The notes: a model not told the origin generated them from the sequence alone. Positions 9,423-20,094 are shown, counted from the first letter of the stretch. The stretch: 64,000 bases of DNA from Candidatus Bathyarchaeia archaeon (GCA_050012255.1 JBEKHN010000002.1:64001-128000), one strand, 5' to 3'. Numbers and translations: made by a program.

Positions 9423-10718
9423 TTATTCGTATCTTAGGGCTTCTACTGGTTTAAGCTTTGAAGCACGCCAAGCTGGGTAAAGTGCAAAGATTGCACTGAC
9501 CCCTACGCCGAAGACTAATGCCAGTATGGTTACTGTCGGAGTTAAAAGAGGGGTTATCGTCATTCCACCTGTGTTCGCAGCTCGGTTTCCCCCGAACACG
9601 CCGCCTCCGCGAAAGACTAATGCAACCACGTTTGCTAGGACCCAACCTGAGCCTATGCCAATCGCTGCGCCGATCAAACCAATTATCACCGATTCGCACA
9701 AGAAAATCAAGAGCACTGTTTGACCTTTCATCCCCAACGCTTTCAGTATGCCTATCTCTCTCGTGCGCTCCATCAAAGACACGATCATGATGTTCATTAT
9801 GCCTATCCCTGCGACCAGAAGCGAGATGGCGGCGATTCCACCTAAGAAGAGTTGTATCACGGAGAAAACATTCGAAAGAATGCTAAGCACTGCTGTTGCA
9901 GAGGTTACCGAGACTTCGTTGCTGAAAGCCGCCTTTATGGCCTGAGTAGCATTGTCAATCGATGCTTGATCATCGCTTGCCAATTTCACAATTATCGAAT
10001 TACATTCCTCAGTTCCAAAGAAGCTTTGAGCTTGAGAAATTGGAATGTAAACATCGGTGTCAGAAGGCCCGATGATGCCGAAGCCTCCGATCTCTTTGAG
10101 AACAGCCGTGACTTTCCCAGCATAAGTCTCATTTGTCGGTGGAATTTTCGTTGCGTTAGTCCAAATCATTTCAACTGTGTCATTTACACTGCAGAACAAG
10201 GTGTCATTGTTCCCGGGAGCACTTACGCGTTTTCCAACCACGATCATTTCGTTTTCTGGATTCGTTGGTATGGTTCCATTCTCGGGTACAAAAGTGCTGC
10301 TGTATATGCTTGCGTATTCAGCGAAGTCCACACCTACTATGGTAACATTCTGGACTGTTTGATTGAACTCAATGCGGCCTGTCCTTTGAATTATCGCCAT
10401 TGACGTTTCGACATTTGTTAGATTGTTGATCATCTGCGTATAGTTGACCAACAGTTTGAAGCCTGAATTCGCGCCCGTCCCGCCTTGGGCGCCGGCGCCG
10501 AAGCCTCCAAAGCCTCCTCCAGTTGAGACAATTAGCGTGTCGGTGGCGAATCCTGTTTTGAGCTGATCAGTTATGGCGGCCTGCAGACCCTGAGTGATTG
10601 AGAGCAAGGCAACGATGGCTGCAATGCCGATGACCACTCCTAAGGTGGTCAAACCAGCTCGAAGCTTTCTCAGTTTGATCGCGCTGAAAGAATAAGACAG
10701 GATATCCTGGGCTTTCAT
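9423..10718 (-). CDS. ABC transporter permease, MacB/FtsX family
   Basis: LTTLGVVIGI, ERTREIGILKALG, PVEALRYE. Confidence 0.93.
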   Translation of the reverse strand: MKAQDILSYSFSAIKLRKLRAGLTTLGVVIGIAAIVALLSITQGLQAAITDQLKTGFATDTLIVSTGGGFGGFGAGAQGGTGANSGFKLLVNYTQMINNLTNVETSMAIIQRTGRIEFNQTVQNVTIVGVDFAEYASIYSSTFVPENGTIPTNPENEMIVVGKRVSAPGNNDTLFCSVNDTVEMIWTNATKIPPTNETYAGKVTAVLKEIGGFGIIGPSDTDVYIPISQAQSFFGTEECNSIIVKLASDDQASIDNATQAIKAAFSNEVSVTSATAVLSILSNVFSVIQLFLGGIAAISLLVAGIGIMNIMIVSLMERTREIGILKALGMKGQTVLLIFLCESVIIGLIGAAIGIGSGWVLANVVALVFRGGGVFGGNRAANTGGMTITPLLTPTVTILALVFGVGVSAIFALYPAWRASKLKPVEALRYE

Positions 10719-10719
10719 G

Positions 10720-11430
10720 TCAATTCACGACCTCCTGAACTATCAAGCCATCGAACATCTGCACAATTCTCTTCGCTTGGCCCGCCAGACGTTGGTCGTG
10801 AGTGACCATTATTATGGTCACGGTTTTCTCTTCGTTGAGTCTCTTGATCAGACCGATTATTTCGCCGGCAGCTTTTGAGTCTATGTTCCCCGTGGGCTCG
10901 TCCATCAGAAGAAACTTGGGATTGTTCGACAAAGCCCTCGCAATGGCTACGCGTTGTTGTTCGCCGCCGCTCAGTTCGGTTGGCCTGTGATTCATTCTTT
11001 CTTTCAGTCCCACTGTTTCCAGGAGATTCTCTGCGTGCTTTCTTCTTTCTGCTTTGCCGAGACCTGCGATAGCCATTGACAACTCAACATTTTCTCTTGC
11101 TGTGAACCGTGGGATCAAGTTGAAAAACTGAAACACGAAGCCTATCCGACATCTAAGATCCGCTAATTGGCCGTCATTGAGCGTGGAAACGTCAACGCCC
11201 TCGATCCGCAATTTGCCTTCTGTTGGTTTGTCCAGGGCTCCGATCAGATTTAGCAGCGTTGACTTCCCGCTTCCGGAGGGGCCCAGAACGGCGAGGAAAT
11301 CGCCGCTCTCGACCTTCAGGTTCACGCCATCCAAGGCGTTGACTGGAATCTTTCCAAGCATGTAAGTTTTCTTCAGGTTGACTGCTTCAACTGTCGTCGT
11401 CGCAGGTGCCATCTTCGTTTTCTCGTCCAT
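10720..11430 (-). CDS. ABC ATP-binding protein, LolD/MacB type
   Basis: GPSGSGKS, LSGGEQQRVAIARA, DEPTGN, VTHD. Confidence 0.95.
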   Translation of the reverse strand: MDEKTKMAPATTTVEAVNLKKTYMLGKIPVNALDGVNLKVESGDFLAVLGPSGSGKSTLLNLIGALDKPTEGKLRIEGVDVSTLNDGQLADLRCRIGFVFQFFNLIPRFTARENVELSMAIAGLGKAERRKHAENLLETVGLKERMNHRPTELSGGEQQRVAIARALSNNPKFLLMDEPTGNIDSKAAGEIIGLIKRLNEEKTVTIIMVTHDQRLAGQAKRIVQMFDGLIVQEVVN

Positions 11431-11436
11431 CCTTGG

Positions 11437-12357
11437 CTACCTGCTAAGATATCTCCATGATAGAGCTATGCCTATCGTTGCGACTACGATTGCAAAGATT
11501 CCAACGTACAAGAAGTCCAATCCAACTTGCCCGAAGTCAGGTGTGCTGTATATCAAGAGCTGTCTTACCGCATCTGTAGTATACGTCATCGGGTTGACCG
11601 ATGCTACTGCTTGGAGCCAAGAAGGCATGATGCTCGTTGGGAAAAAGGCGTTGCTTGCAAACATCAGCGGCAGCGTTATCAGGTTCATAACGGCCATTGG
11701 AGTCTCTATTCTTGTTGACCTTATCGTAATCGCGATGAACATTGAAGACAAGCCTACGCATATTAGGAACAGGATCGCGAATAGGCCCAGTATGAACACT
11801 GGATTGAAGCTAGCCCCAAACTGGAGACCGAATGCAATAGCGATCAGTATTATTATGCCTGCCTGAAACATTGATCGCAGAGTTGCAGAAAGAACTTTGG
11901 AGAACACTATTACTGCTCTGGATACAGGCGTGCTCAGAGCCTTGTTAAGGAAGCCCAAGCGTCTGTCCCAAACCACTGACATGCCGCTGAATGCCGTTGT
12001 GAAGAGGGCTGTGAAAGCAATCATACCAACAGCCATAAAGGAAAAGTAATCACTCGTATGGAACGTATTCTGCATGATACTTGTCTGCAGACCTTGAAAG
12101 AACACACCTAATTGTTGAGATTGCGTTAGGGTCAGAGGTGGGATCAAAACTATTTTGCTCATTAATTGCTCCATTGAACCGCTTGAGAAAATAGCACCGA
12201 GGTTCATAGCTTTTCCGAGCAGACCCATCCAAATAATCGGCTGAATTATGGAAAGTGTGAATATTACGGGGGCTTTGTACCATTTCTTAAGCTCTCTGTT
12301 GGTCAAGGCCCAGAGACCGTGTAATTTGTTTTTTGAATTGTCGTTGGTTTCGCTCAT
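11437..12357 (-). CDS. ABC-2 type permease (DrrB-like)
   Basis: 6 TM; DRRLGFL..STPVSR and NPMTY motifs. Confidence 0.9.
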   Translation of the reverse strand: MSETNDNSKNKLHGLWALTNRELKKWYKAPVIFTLSIIQPIIWMGLLGKAMNLGAIFSSGSMEQLMSKIVLIPPLTLTQSQQLGVFFQGLQTSIMQNTFHTSDYFSFMAVGMIAFTALFTTAFSGMSVVWDRRLGFLNKALSTPVSRAVIVFSKVLSATLRSMFQAGIIILIAIAFGLQFGASFNPVFILGLFAILFLICVGLSSMFIAITIRSTRIETPMAVMNLITLPLMFASNAFFPTSIMPSWLQAVASVNPMTYTTDAVRQLLIYSTPDFGQVGLDFLYVGIFAIVVATIGIALSWRYLSR

Positions 12358-13364
12358 TGCCTGGCCCTCCTCATCATCATCCTTTGGGCAGCAAAAGCCT
12401 CCCTGGATTCTTCTGCATCGCGCAGCGATTTCCCTGTGTATTCCAAGTAGACTTCGTTCAACGTAGGTTCTGTGAGCATGAGCTTCGCAACAGTATACCC
12501 TTTTCTTCGCAAGGCTTCAATAATAAACGGAGCCGTCACTTCTCCATTCTCAGCTTTGATTCGGTATGAGCCATTCTCCTTCTTAACTTCTTTCACATTC
12601 TCAACTTTGCTGATGAGCTCGCTCACTTCAGCGTCTTCTTTGATGCCTATGGTTATGATGTCGCCGCCCAAGCTGTGCTTTAGATCCTCAGGCGTGCCGA
12701 CCACGACTATTTTTCCATGATCAATTATTGCGACGCGGTCGCAGAGTGAATCAGCCTCTTCAAGATAGTGTGTTGTCATGAAGAGTGTCATGCCATATTC
12801 CTTTTTCAGTTTTCTGATGTAGTTCCAAGTTGCAGTCCTCGTTTGAACATCTAAGCCCAGAGTGGGCTCGTCTAGGAAGAGTATTTTTGGCCTGTTGACT
12901 AGTCCACATGCAAGTTCAAGTCTGCGGCGCATTCCACCGGAAAAGGTTTGAACCCTCTTATCCTTAAAATCGGTTAGCTCAACGAGCTTCAGCAGATCCA
13001 ACGCGCGCTCATTTGCGACTTTCCGTGGGATTCCGTACATATCAGCGCACAAGAGAATGTTCTCTAGGCCGGTCAGGTCTTCATCTGCCGTGTATTCTTG
13101 GGGCACGACGCCGATGACGTTTCTAACGTCATTGTTTTGCTTCTGAATATCGAAACCCAAGACAGTGGCTCTTCCTTCTGTGGGCTTCAAAATGGTTATC
13201 AACATGTTGATCGTTGTGGTTTTTCCAGCGCCGTTGGGTCCTAGGAAACCGTATATTTCTCCTCTTTTGATCTCGAAGTTCACGTGGTCAACGGCTACCA
13301 ACTGATGATTAAAGACCTTGGTCAGTCCTTCAGCCTTGATAATGTCTTCACTCATCCCTCTCAC
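12354..13364 (-). CDS. ABC ATP-binding protein (DrrA-like)
   Basis: GPNGAGKTT, FSGGMRRRL, DEPTLGLD, TTHYLEEA. Confidence 0.95.
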   Translation of the reverse strand: MRGMSEDIIKAEGLTKVFNHQLVAVDHVNFEIKRGEIYGFLGPNGAGKTTTINMLITILKPTEGRATVLGFDIQKQNNDVRNVIGVVPQEYTADEDLTGLENILLCADMYGIPRKVANERALDLLKLVELTDFKDKRVQTFSGGMRRRLELACGLVNRPKILFLDEPTLGLDVQTRTATWNYIRKLKKEYGMTLFMTTHYLEEADSLCDRVAIIDHGKIVVVGTPEDLKHSLGGDIITIGIKEDAEVSELISKVENVKEVKKENGSYRIKAENGEVTAPFIIEALRRKGYTVAKLMLTEPTLNEVYLEYTGKSLRDAEESREAFAAQRMMMRRARQ

Positions 13365-13941
13365 CCTTCAGTTTCTGATTTATCTCCTCAAGCTTTTCAG
13401 CCGTGTTATTTAAGAGTTTCAACGCTTCATCAAAAGCTTCATCGGACGCATGCTCACTTAAACTGCGTCCCAACTCGAAGAAAGCAGCAACAAGCTTGTG
13501 CATCGTCTTTCTTGCTTCAACCAGCTTTTCCTCAGGCAAACCCGAGAGAAACTCGCCTATGAAAGGGGGGCCGAAGAACCTTTCTCTCCTGAATCCCACG
13601 CGGTTCCTGGTATACTCTTTCATCTTTTTCCTCTGCTCTGCCATTATCTTCTTCTGCTCCGCAAGCAGAGCCCTGCCGCTTTCGGTCAGCTCGTACCTTT
13701 TCATCCCGCTCTGTTCAACGGGCAACTCCTTGACGTGGCCATTGTCCTGTAGCCAAGCTAAGAGCGGATAAATTGAGCCTGGGCTTGGCTTCCATCGACC
13801 GTTTGTCCTGCTTTCTATTTCATCTATTATTTCGGAACCAGACATGGGCTTCTCACCTAGAGATTCAAGAACCTGGTAGCGTATGAAGCCCTTCGGAACC
13901 ATTGCCGTGTGTTTCATCCAATGTTTGCGAAATTCGTGCAT
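13348..13941 (-). CDS. PadR family transcriptional regulator
   Basis: WKPSPGSIYPLL..L..G, YELTESG. Confidence 0.92.
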   Translation of the reverse strand: MHEFRKHWMKHTAMVPKGFIRYQVLESLGEKPMSGSEIIDEIESRTNGRWKPSPGSIYPLLAWLQDNGHVKELPVEQSGMKRYELTESGRALLAEQKKIMAEQRKKMKEYTRNRVGFRRERFFGPPFIGEFLSGLPEEKLVEARKTMHKLVAAFFELGRSLSEHASDEAFDEALKLLNNTAEKLEEINQKLKGERDE

Positions 13942-13968
13942 AGTATATCACCATTGAGGTCAACCGTG

Positions 13969-13984
13969 ATATCATATGTGATAT
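13969..13984. promoter_or_regulatory. putative PadR operator beside a TATA-like box
   Basis: inverted repeat ATATCA-TATG-TGATAT about 30 bp upstream of the padR start. Confidence 0.55.
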
Positions 13985-14146
13985 TTAAGCATATCGGGTC
14001 AAAACATGAAGTCCTCAATGCTTTGATCTTGCGCCACTCGTAATTGCACGAACCGGGAACCTGAACTAGGTGTACTCATCTGGTAATTCCTTGCATCAGG
14101 AAAGCGTAATAAGAAAGCGACAAGTTATTGGCTGTGGGGTCCTCGA

Positions 14147-14599
14147 ATGGCACATGAAGCTGTGTGTTTGGAAAGAAAGCTGTTCATTCCAGAAGCCAAG
14201 GTCGACGATGTGGCTTTGGCCTGCCGAAAAGCCTTCAAGGAAATGGGCTTAAAGGTCATGAAGGAAGAAAAAACCAAAGAGGCCAGCACAACCGTGCTGG
14301 CCGGGGAAGGCGCGCTGGTGCCGTTGACACTGAGAACCCTGCTGTATCCGTTCAGTCTGCAACAGTACATTAAAGCGGCGCAGAGATCAGGCGTGCACGT
14401 AGTGATCTCACCATCAGAAGAGGGGGTCATCGTATACTCGTGCGGGCTCGCACTCGACGAACTGACCGGAAAACCCGCTGAATACGCCTCTGACGAGGAT
14501 GTGGAAGAGATTACCGACACGATGGAAGCCCTTGACTTTGAAAACAAGTTCATAATGAAAATAAAGGCAACCTTTCCAAAAACAAAAGAGATAGAATAG
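14147..14599 (+). CDS. hypothetical protein
   Basis: 150-aa ORF, protein-like composition, no motif recognised. Confidence 0.6.
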   Translation: MAHEAVCLERKLFIPEAKVDDVALACRKAFKEMGLKVMKEEKTKEASTTVLAGEGALVPLTLRTLLYPFSLQQYIKAAQRSGVHVVISPSEEGVIVYSCGLALDELTGKPAEYASDEDVEEITDTMEALDFENKFIMKIKATFPKTKEIE

Positions 14600-14667
14600 C
14601 CACGATTAGAATTGGGAAAAAACGCGCGATTGGGAGGTTGCTCGTCACACCGGCGCGACCACCATAA

Positions 14668-14934
14668 TTGTTATCAACACAAAGATGGGCTTATCCTAGC
14701 GGTGACGTTTTGAGCTCCAAACATAGAATGTTCAAGAAGAATTTTGAGACCGAGATGCGGGTTAACAACGTAAGATTGCCCCTGAACCATTTTGTGCAAG
14801 AAACCTTGGCCAACATAGTGATCGGTTTCTTGAAAACCCTCAGGGAAGTTGGGGAAGAAGCTCCGCTAAGCATGGAGATAAGAATCAAAAAGCTTCCGAA
14901 ACAGGTTGAAGTGGATGCCCACACTTACCCTTGA
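14668..14934 (+). CDS. small hypothetical protein (resembles the short domain found with MobB/ModE; start likely 14710)
   Basis: VNNVRLPLNHFVQETLANIVIGFLKTL; GGTGA at 14701 precedes TTG. Confidence 0.55.
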   Translation: MLSTQRWAYPSGDVLSSKHRMFKKNFETEMRVNNVRLPLNHFVQETLANIVIGFLKTLREVGEEAPLSMEIRIKKLPKQVEVDAHTYP

Positions 14935-15184
14935 GATGGGCACGTTAAAGATGACCTGACCTCGCATCCACATTTTTCTGCTAGTCATTTCCCTTTTTCT
15001 TCAGATTTTATGGGCACTCGCCCTAAAATTCTAGTTTACTTCATTTGCAGTTGAATGTAAACTCAAGTAGTTACGCTTGTTTTTGGAGATTTGCCGAATT
15101 AGCGGCGGAGATGTCGGCTTTTTTCATTCTAGCCTTCGCTAGCAAACAAAATTCTTCAGCAGGCGCGATTCTTTATTTCCGCGG

Positions 15185-17653
15185 TTAACTCTCAGTTTTC
15201 TTCCTTTCTTCCGTGAAATACTGTGGAAATTCTCTGAGTTTTTCGGCCATTTCTCCAAGTCGTTTATCCACTCTGTAGTTAACGGTTCCTTTCTCGAAAG
15301 ATCCATCTTCTTGCCTTTGGCCGGCTTTGACCCCTGTTAGAATTTCTATTCCTTCATCGATGGTTTTAACGGGGTATACGTGGAATTTCTCCTGTTGAGC
15401 TGCTTGCACTACTTCCTCTTTCAGCATCAGGTTCTGCACGTTGCTCTCCGGTATCATCACTCCCTGTTTGCCGGTGAATCCTTTTGCCTTGCAGACTTCG
15501 AAGAAGCCTTCGATTTTTTCGTTCACTCCGCCGATGGCTTGAACCTCGCCCTTCTGGTTCACTGAGCCAGTGACGGCAACGTTTTGCTTTATAGGCAGGT
15601 CAGACAGGGCGGACAGGATAGCGTAGAGTTCGGTGCTTGAGGCGCTGTCACCCTCCACTCCTTCATAGTTCTGTTCAAAAACAAGACGGGCTGAGAGACT
15701 GAGAGGCTTGTCCTGCGCGTACTTCTCATTGAGGTAGCCGCTTAGAATAAGGACCCCTTTTGTGTGGATGGGTCCTCCCATCTTGGCCTCCCTTTCAATA
15801 TCGACCACGCCTTCTCGACCCAGACCCACGCTGGTCGTTACTCGCGAAGGACTGCCAAAGGCGAAGTCACCCAGCCCTATCACCGAAAGGCCGTTGACTT
15901 GACCCACATTCTCTGCGTCCGTATCGATGAGGAGGAACCCTCTCTTGATCATCTCTTCAATCTTTTCTTGAATGAGTTTTGAACGGTAGACCTTCTCTTC
16001 GATAGCTTTTTTCACGTGAGTTCCAGTAACAAAATCTGAGTTATCTTGCGTCGCGTAGAAGTTAGCTTCGCGAATGATGTCAGCAACCTCAGCAAACCTG
16101 GTGGAGAGTTTTTGCTGGTCTTCAGCCAGTCTTGAGCTATGTTCGACCAATTTGGCCAGGCCTGAGCCGTCAAGGTGTTTCAGATTCTCCTTCTTACACA
16201 ACGTGCAAACAAAAACTGCGTATTGCTGTATGCTCTCTTCTGTCCGATCCATGGTTGTGTCAAAATCTGCCTTAACCTTGAAGAGTTGATTAAACTCCAT
16301 GTCCAAGATGAACAATTCCTGATAGAGGTAGGGGTCTCCAATTAGAATCACCTTGACGCCCAGAGGAATCGGCTCAGGTTTCAAGCTCTTCGTCGTAATG
16401 AAACCCAAACGTTCTTCTGCCTCTTCAATGACGATTTGCTCATTCTTGAGGGCCCTTTTCAAGCTATCATATGAGAAAGGATTACGCAGCAACTCTTCAA
16501 CTGGAAGAATCAGATAGCCGCCATTGGCCTTGTGTAAGGAACCCCCACGGATCATGGTGAAGTCCGTCACAAGCGCTCCAAACTGAGCCTCCTTTTCCAC
16601 TCGACCAAAAAGGTTCTGATAAGTGGGGTTAGATTCCATTACCACAGGAGCTCCCTTAACATCCGAGTTATCAACGATGATCTTTGCCTCGTACTTCCTG
16701 AAGGGAGTCTCTCTCATCCAAGGAACTGGGAAAGGAGTCTGTGGTTGCTCTTCCGACCCTTTTATGAACCGGGATAGGTTGTCGAGGATGTCATTCTGCA
16801 CGTCGTCTACGTGAGCGACGACATCAGGGAAATCCTTGTATTCTTCTTTCAAGTCAGTCACTATGTGCCCGATGGCGAAAAGGGCAACCTCACGATTCAG
16901 TTTTTTGAGCTCTGCGTCGGCTTTCCCCTCTAATTCTCTGAGTTGTCTCATAGTGTTCAGGAATTGCTCGCTCAGCTGTTCTCTCTTCTTCTCGATTCCT
17001 TCTCGAGTTTTCTGGTCTAATTTCATGAATTCTTCGTCGTTCACAGGTTTTCCTTTGATTACTGGAATCATGAGCCAACCCACAGGTGACGCTTGCAGAA
17101 TGAAGCCTTCCTCTTGGGCCCGTTTCGTAAGTTGCCCGATGAGTTTCTGCCTTTCCTCTTCAACAGTCTTAACAGTGTTCGCTCTTCTTACGCCGTAATC
17201 CTCGCTTTCAAAGGATTTTGGCAGAATTCTCAATGCTTCGTTGATGAAGGTGGCCATGTCGTCTCGAAAGTGTTTGCCTTTGCCAGCAGGCAGCTTTATG
17301 GCTTTAGGCTCGTACGGGTTGCGAAAGTTGTACACGTAACACCAGTCTGAGGGCACCGGCTTGGTTTGAGCCGTTTCTTCCAAGAAGTTTCTAACGGCCG
17401 TTGTCCTCCCTGTTCCGGGGAAGCCTGCAACATAGATGTTAAATCCGCGTTCCCTGATGCCTAACCCGAACTTGAGCGCTCTGACAGCCCTTTCTTGGCC
17501 AATAATCTCTTGAAGGGGGACTAGCTCCTGCGTGGTCTCACAGTGCATAAGATTAGGGTCGCATTCTCTTCTCAGCCTTTCTGCAGGCAGCTCGTTTACC
17601 ATCTCATACATCCTCCTCACTGTGAAATGATGTTCATATATTACGAAGCGCAA
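15185..17653 (-). CDS. lonC: Lon-like protease, LonC type (AAA-like + S16 domain)
   Basis: IIGQERA, variant Walker A GFPGTGRTT, EGDSAS catalytic Ser and NEKIEGF Lys; start likely 17603-17612. Confidence 0.88.
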   Translation of the reverse strand: MRFVIYEHHFTVRRMYEMVNELPAERLRRECDPNLMHCETTQELVPLQEIIGQERAVRALKFGLGIRERGFNIYVAGFPGTGRTTAVRNFLEETAQTKPVPSDWCYVYNFRNPYEPKAIKLPAGKGKHFRDDMATFINEALRILPKSFESEDYGVRRANTVKTVEEERQKLIGQLTKRAQEEGFILQASPVGWLMIPVIKGKPVNDEEFMKLDQKTREGIEKKREQLSEQFLNTMRQLRELEGKADAELKKLNREVALFAIGHIVTDLKEEYKDFPDVVAHVDDVQNDILDNLSRFIKGSEEQPQTPFPVPWMRETPFRKYEAKIIVDNSDVKGAPVVMESNPTYQNLFGRVEKEAQFGALVTDFTMIRGGSLHKANGGYLILPVEELLRNPFSYDSLKRALKNEQIVIEEAEERLGFITTKSLKPEPIPLGVKVILIGDPYLYQELFILDMEFNQLFKVKADFDTTMDRTEESIQQYAVFVCTLCKKENLKHLDGSGLAKLVEHSSRLAEDQQKLSTRFAEVADIIREANFYATQDNSDFVTGTHVKKAIEEKVYRSKLIQEKIEEMIKRGFLLIDTDAENVGQVNGLSVIGLGDFAFGSPSRVTTSVGLGREGVVDIEREAKMGGPIHTKGVLILSGYLNEKYAQDKPLSLSARLVFEQNYEGVEGDSASSTELYAILSALSDLPIKQNVAVTGSVNQKGEVQAIGGVNEKIEGFFEVCKAKGFTGKQGVMIPESNVQNLMLKEEVVQAAQQEKFHVYPVKTIDEGIEILTGVKAGQRQEDGSFEKGTVNYRVDKRLGEMAEKLREFPQYFTEERKKTES

Positions 17654-17707
17654 TATATCGAAGTAAAATATAAATATTCCGATTACATCCAGTAAGGCTG
17701 AAAGACG

Positions 17708-18316
17708 ATGACTTCAGAAGAAGAAAAGACGGCTGCACATTGGCTTAAGGAAACCCAGAAGGGCTACATCCGAATTGCGGTTCTGATTCTTCTAAGTAAG
17801 AAGCCATATCATGGCTACGAAATAATGAGAGAGATTAAAGAGAGGACTGGGGGCTTCTGGAGGCCGACGGCTGGCGGCATCTATCCCATACTTCAAAACT
17901 TGGAAAAGTCCGGGTACATAGAGGGAGAATGGGATGTTCAAAAGAAGAGACGACGAAAAACATACGAGGTCACGGGGGCGGGCGAGTTGGTTCTTCAGCG
18001 AGCCCTTGGCAAAGAAAGTCAGATCGCCAACAGCATGAGCGACTTGCTCAGAGAGTTCATGAAAGACGTGTTGGACATAAGAATGAACCCGATTCCAGTG
18101 CCCAGGATACCGAACTTTTTCTCAGTCTTTCTCGAAGAGAGGAAGAGAAAACCTGAAGATACAGCCAGCGTTTTAGAGGGCAAGCGAGCACAGATTGAAG
18201 ATATGATAAAGAAGCTGCAAAAAGAGCGGGGAGCAATCAACAGAAGACTGACGCAGCTAAAGGAGCCGAAGAGAACAGAAACAATCAGCAAGGCCAGTCA
18301 TGGAAGGAGGCAGTGA
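17708..18316 (+). CDS. PadR family transcriptional regulator
   Basis: HGYEIM, WRPTAGGIYPIL. Confidence 0.9.
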   Translation: MTSEEEKTAAHWLKETQKGYIRIAVLILLSKKPYHGYEIMREIKERTGGFWRPTAGGIYPILQNLEKSGYIEGEWDVQKKRRRKTYEVTGAGELVLQRALGKESQIANSMSDLLREFMKDVLDIRMNPIPVPRIPNFFSVFLEERKRKPEDTASVLEGKRAQIEDMIKKLQKERGAINRRLTQLKEPKRTETISKASHGRRQ

Positions 18317-18451
18317 AGGTGTCCTTGATTCCGGATTCAAACCTTATCGGCGCAATAGTGAACATGACTTTTCTCCTTACATTGGGCAACACGATAGTAT
18401 CGCACAATAGTAATGGAGAAGTCTGATTGGAAATTTCCTATGAATTAAGTC

Positions 18452-19093
18452 ATGAAGGTGACAACGGCAACCTTGAATGCTGACTGGGACGACCTCACCA
18501 AGTCTTCGTTCAGTGAACGAGACGTTGACGTTCTAGATTTGATAACCGAAGAGGACTTGGTCCTGTTTACGTTCGATGGGCTTAAGAGAAGAATGGGTCT
18601 GCATCCTGAGACACTTTCCAGGATCCTTGGCAGGTTAGAGCAGGAGGGCATAGTGGAGAAGGGGCATGGAGGTTACAGGGTTACATCGAAGCTCAATGAA
18701 TTTCTAGGGCCACATTCGACCTGCAGCGATGAGTCTCGTGTTCCTTTGCTTCAGACATTTCTACCTTCTGATATGTCAGTTCAGAATCTGACCTCACAAC
18801 TAAGGGGAAGATGGTTCGGTCTGCTTCGTTGGCTAGGCCTCTCAGAGGGAAACGCACGCGAAGAGGTTACTTTGAAGTGGATCACGGAAGATGGCGGCAT
18901 TCAAGTTGACGCTAAAGTATCGGACAGAGCGCTGACGATTGAGGCCAAGTTTTTGCATGATAAGGACTTGAACATGGCTTTGAGGGCCTCTTATCAGCTT
19001 GTGGCTTACATAGGCAAACTCTGTTCAAGCTCGCGGTTGATCAGACGTGTGGCCTACGTGGGCGATTTCGACGTGCATCTGACGCCAGCGTAG
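18452..19093 (+). CDS. winged-helix domain hypothetical protein
   Basis: GLHPETLSRILGRLEQEGIV helix-turn-helix. Confidence 0.65.
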   Translation: MKVTTATLNADWDDLTKSSFSERDVDVLDLITEEDLVLFTFDGLKRRMGLHPETLSRILGRLEQEGIVEKGHGGYRVTSKLNEFLGPHSTCSDESRVPLLQTFLPSDMSVQNLTSQLRGRWFGLLRWLGLSEGNAREEVTLKWITEDGGIQVDAKVSDRALTIEAKFLHDKDLNMALRASYQLVAYIGKLCSSSRLIRRVAYVGDFDVHLTPA

Positions 19094-19164
19094 TGTGACC
19101 GACTTTCTGCTTTCCTTAGTCAACAAATACGACGCCGGCTTCTCATATTTTGAGGTGAAAAAGT

Positions 19165-20094
19165 ATGAGTCAGTCAATTAATCCTTTGCAGGTGTTGAAG
19201 TCGCTCTCTGACGCTACTACTGAACTCGTGCGAAAACTGACACCGTCCTTGGTCAGCGTGAACACAACGATGACAAGAGGCACAGGCGTCGTCTTCAGTT
19301 CGGAGGGCTACATAGTGACGTGCAACCATGTTCTCGGAAGAAGCGCCTCCATCAGAATCGGCTCTGGAGAAAAAATCCTTGAAGCCAAGACAGTGGGTGT
19401 TGACCCCTATTCCGACATAGCACTGCTCAAGGCAGAACAGGCAAACCTCAAACCAATAGAACTCGGCGATTCCGAAACACTGAGCACAGGCCAGTTCGTA
19501 CTAGCCCTAGCCAACCCGTTCAACAGACAACCAAGCGCAACAACCGGCATAATCACAAACGTGGGAAGCACACTCAGAGGATGGAGAGGAACAGCGATGG
19601 AAGATGTAATAGCCACCGATGCTAGGCTCAATCCAGGCTTTTCTGGTGGGCCGTTGGTCGACGTTTCTGGCAAGATGATAGGCCTCAACACAGCATTCGT
19701 CTGGTCTCGTGGCATAGCGATTCCAGTCAACAAGGTGAAAGGCATCATCGACAGGCTCATGACTGGAGGAAAAATCAGAAGAGCATACTTGGGCATAGTG
19801 TCGAACACTGTTTTAATCCCGCAGGAAATCGCGAGTCAATCACGTATCAACCAGAACGCAGGAGTCATGGTTTTCTCAGTCGAGCAGGGTACACCAGCGA
19901 AAAAAGCCGGTCTAGCAATGGGCGACGTGATAGTGAAGTTCAACGAAAGCCCCGTCACAAGCTTCTACGACCTTCCGAGACTTCTGACCGAAAATGTGAT
20001 CGGAAAAAGGACAAAGCTCTCGATCCTTCGCGGAGAGAAACTGATGGAGCTCACCGTCCTTCCAAGCGCGGCTGAGGGTGAAGAAGATGCATGA
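19165..20094 (+). CDS. HtrA/DegP-like trypsin serine protease with PDZ domain (no signal peptide)
   Basis: TCNHV, DIALL and NPGFSGGPL triad; C-terminal PDZ (AYLGI..PAKKAGL..GDVI). Confidence 0.92.
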   Translation: MSQSINPLQVLKSLSDATTELVRKLTPSLVSVNTTMTRGTGVVFSSEGYIVTCNHVLGRSASIRIGSGEKILEAKTVGVDPYSDIALLKAEQANLKPIELGDSETLSTGQFVLALANPFNRQPSATTGIITNVGSTLRGWRGTAMEDVIATDARLNPGFSGGPLVDVSGKMIGLNTAFVWSRGIAIPVNKVKGIIDRLMTGGKIRRAYLGIVSNTVLIPQEIASQSRINQNAGVMVFSVEQGTPAKKAGLAMGDVIVKFNESPVTSFYDLPRLLTENVIGKRTKLSILRGEKLMELTVLPSAAEGEEDA

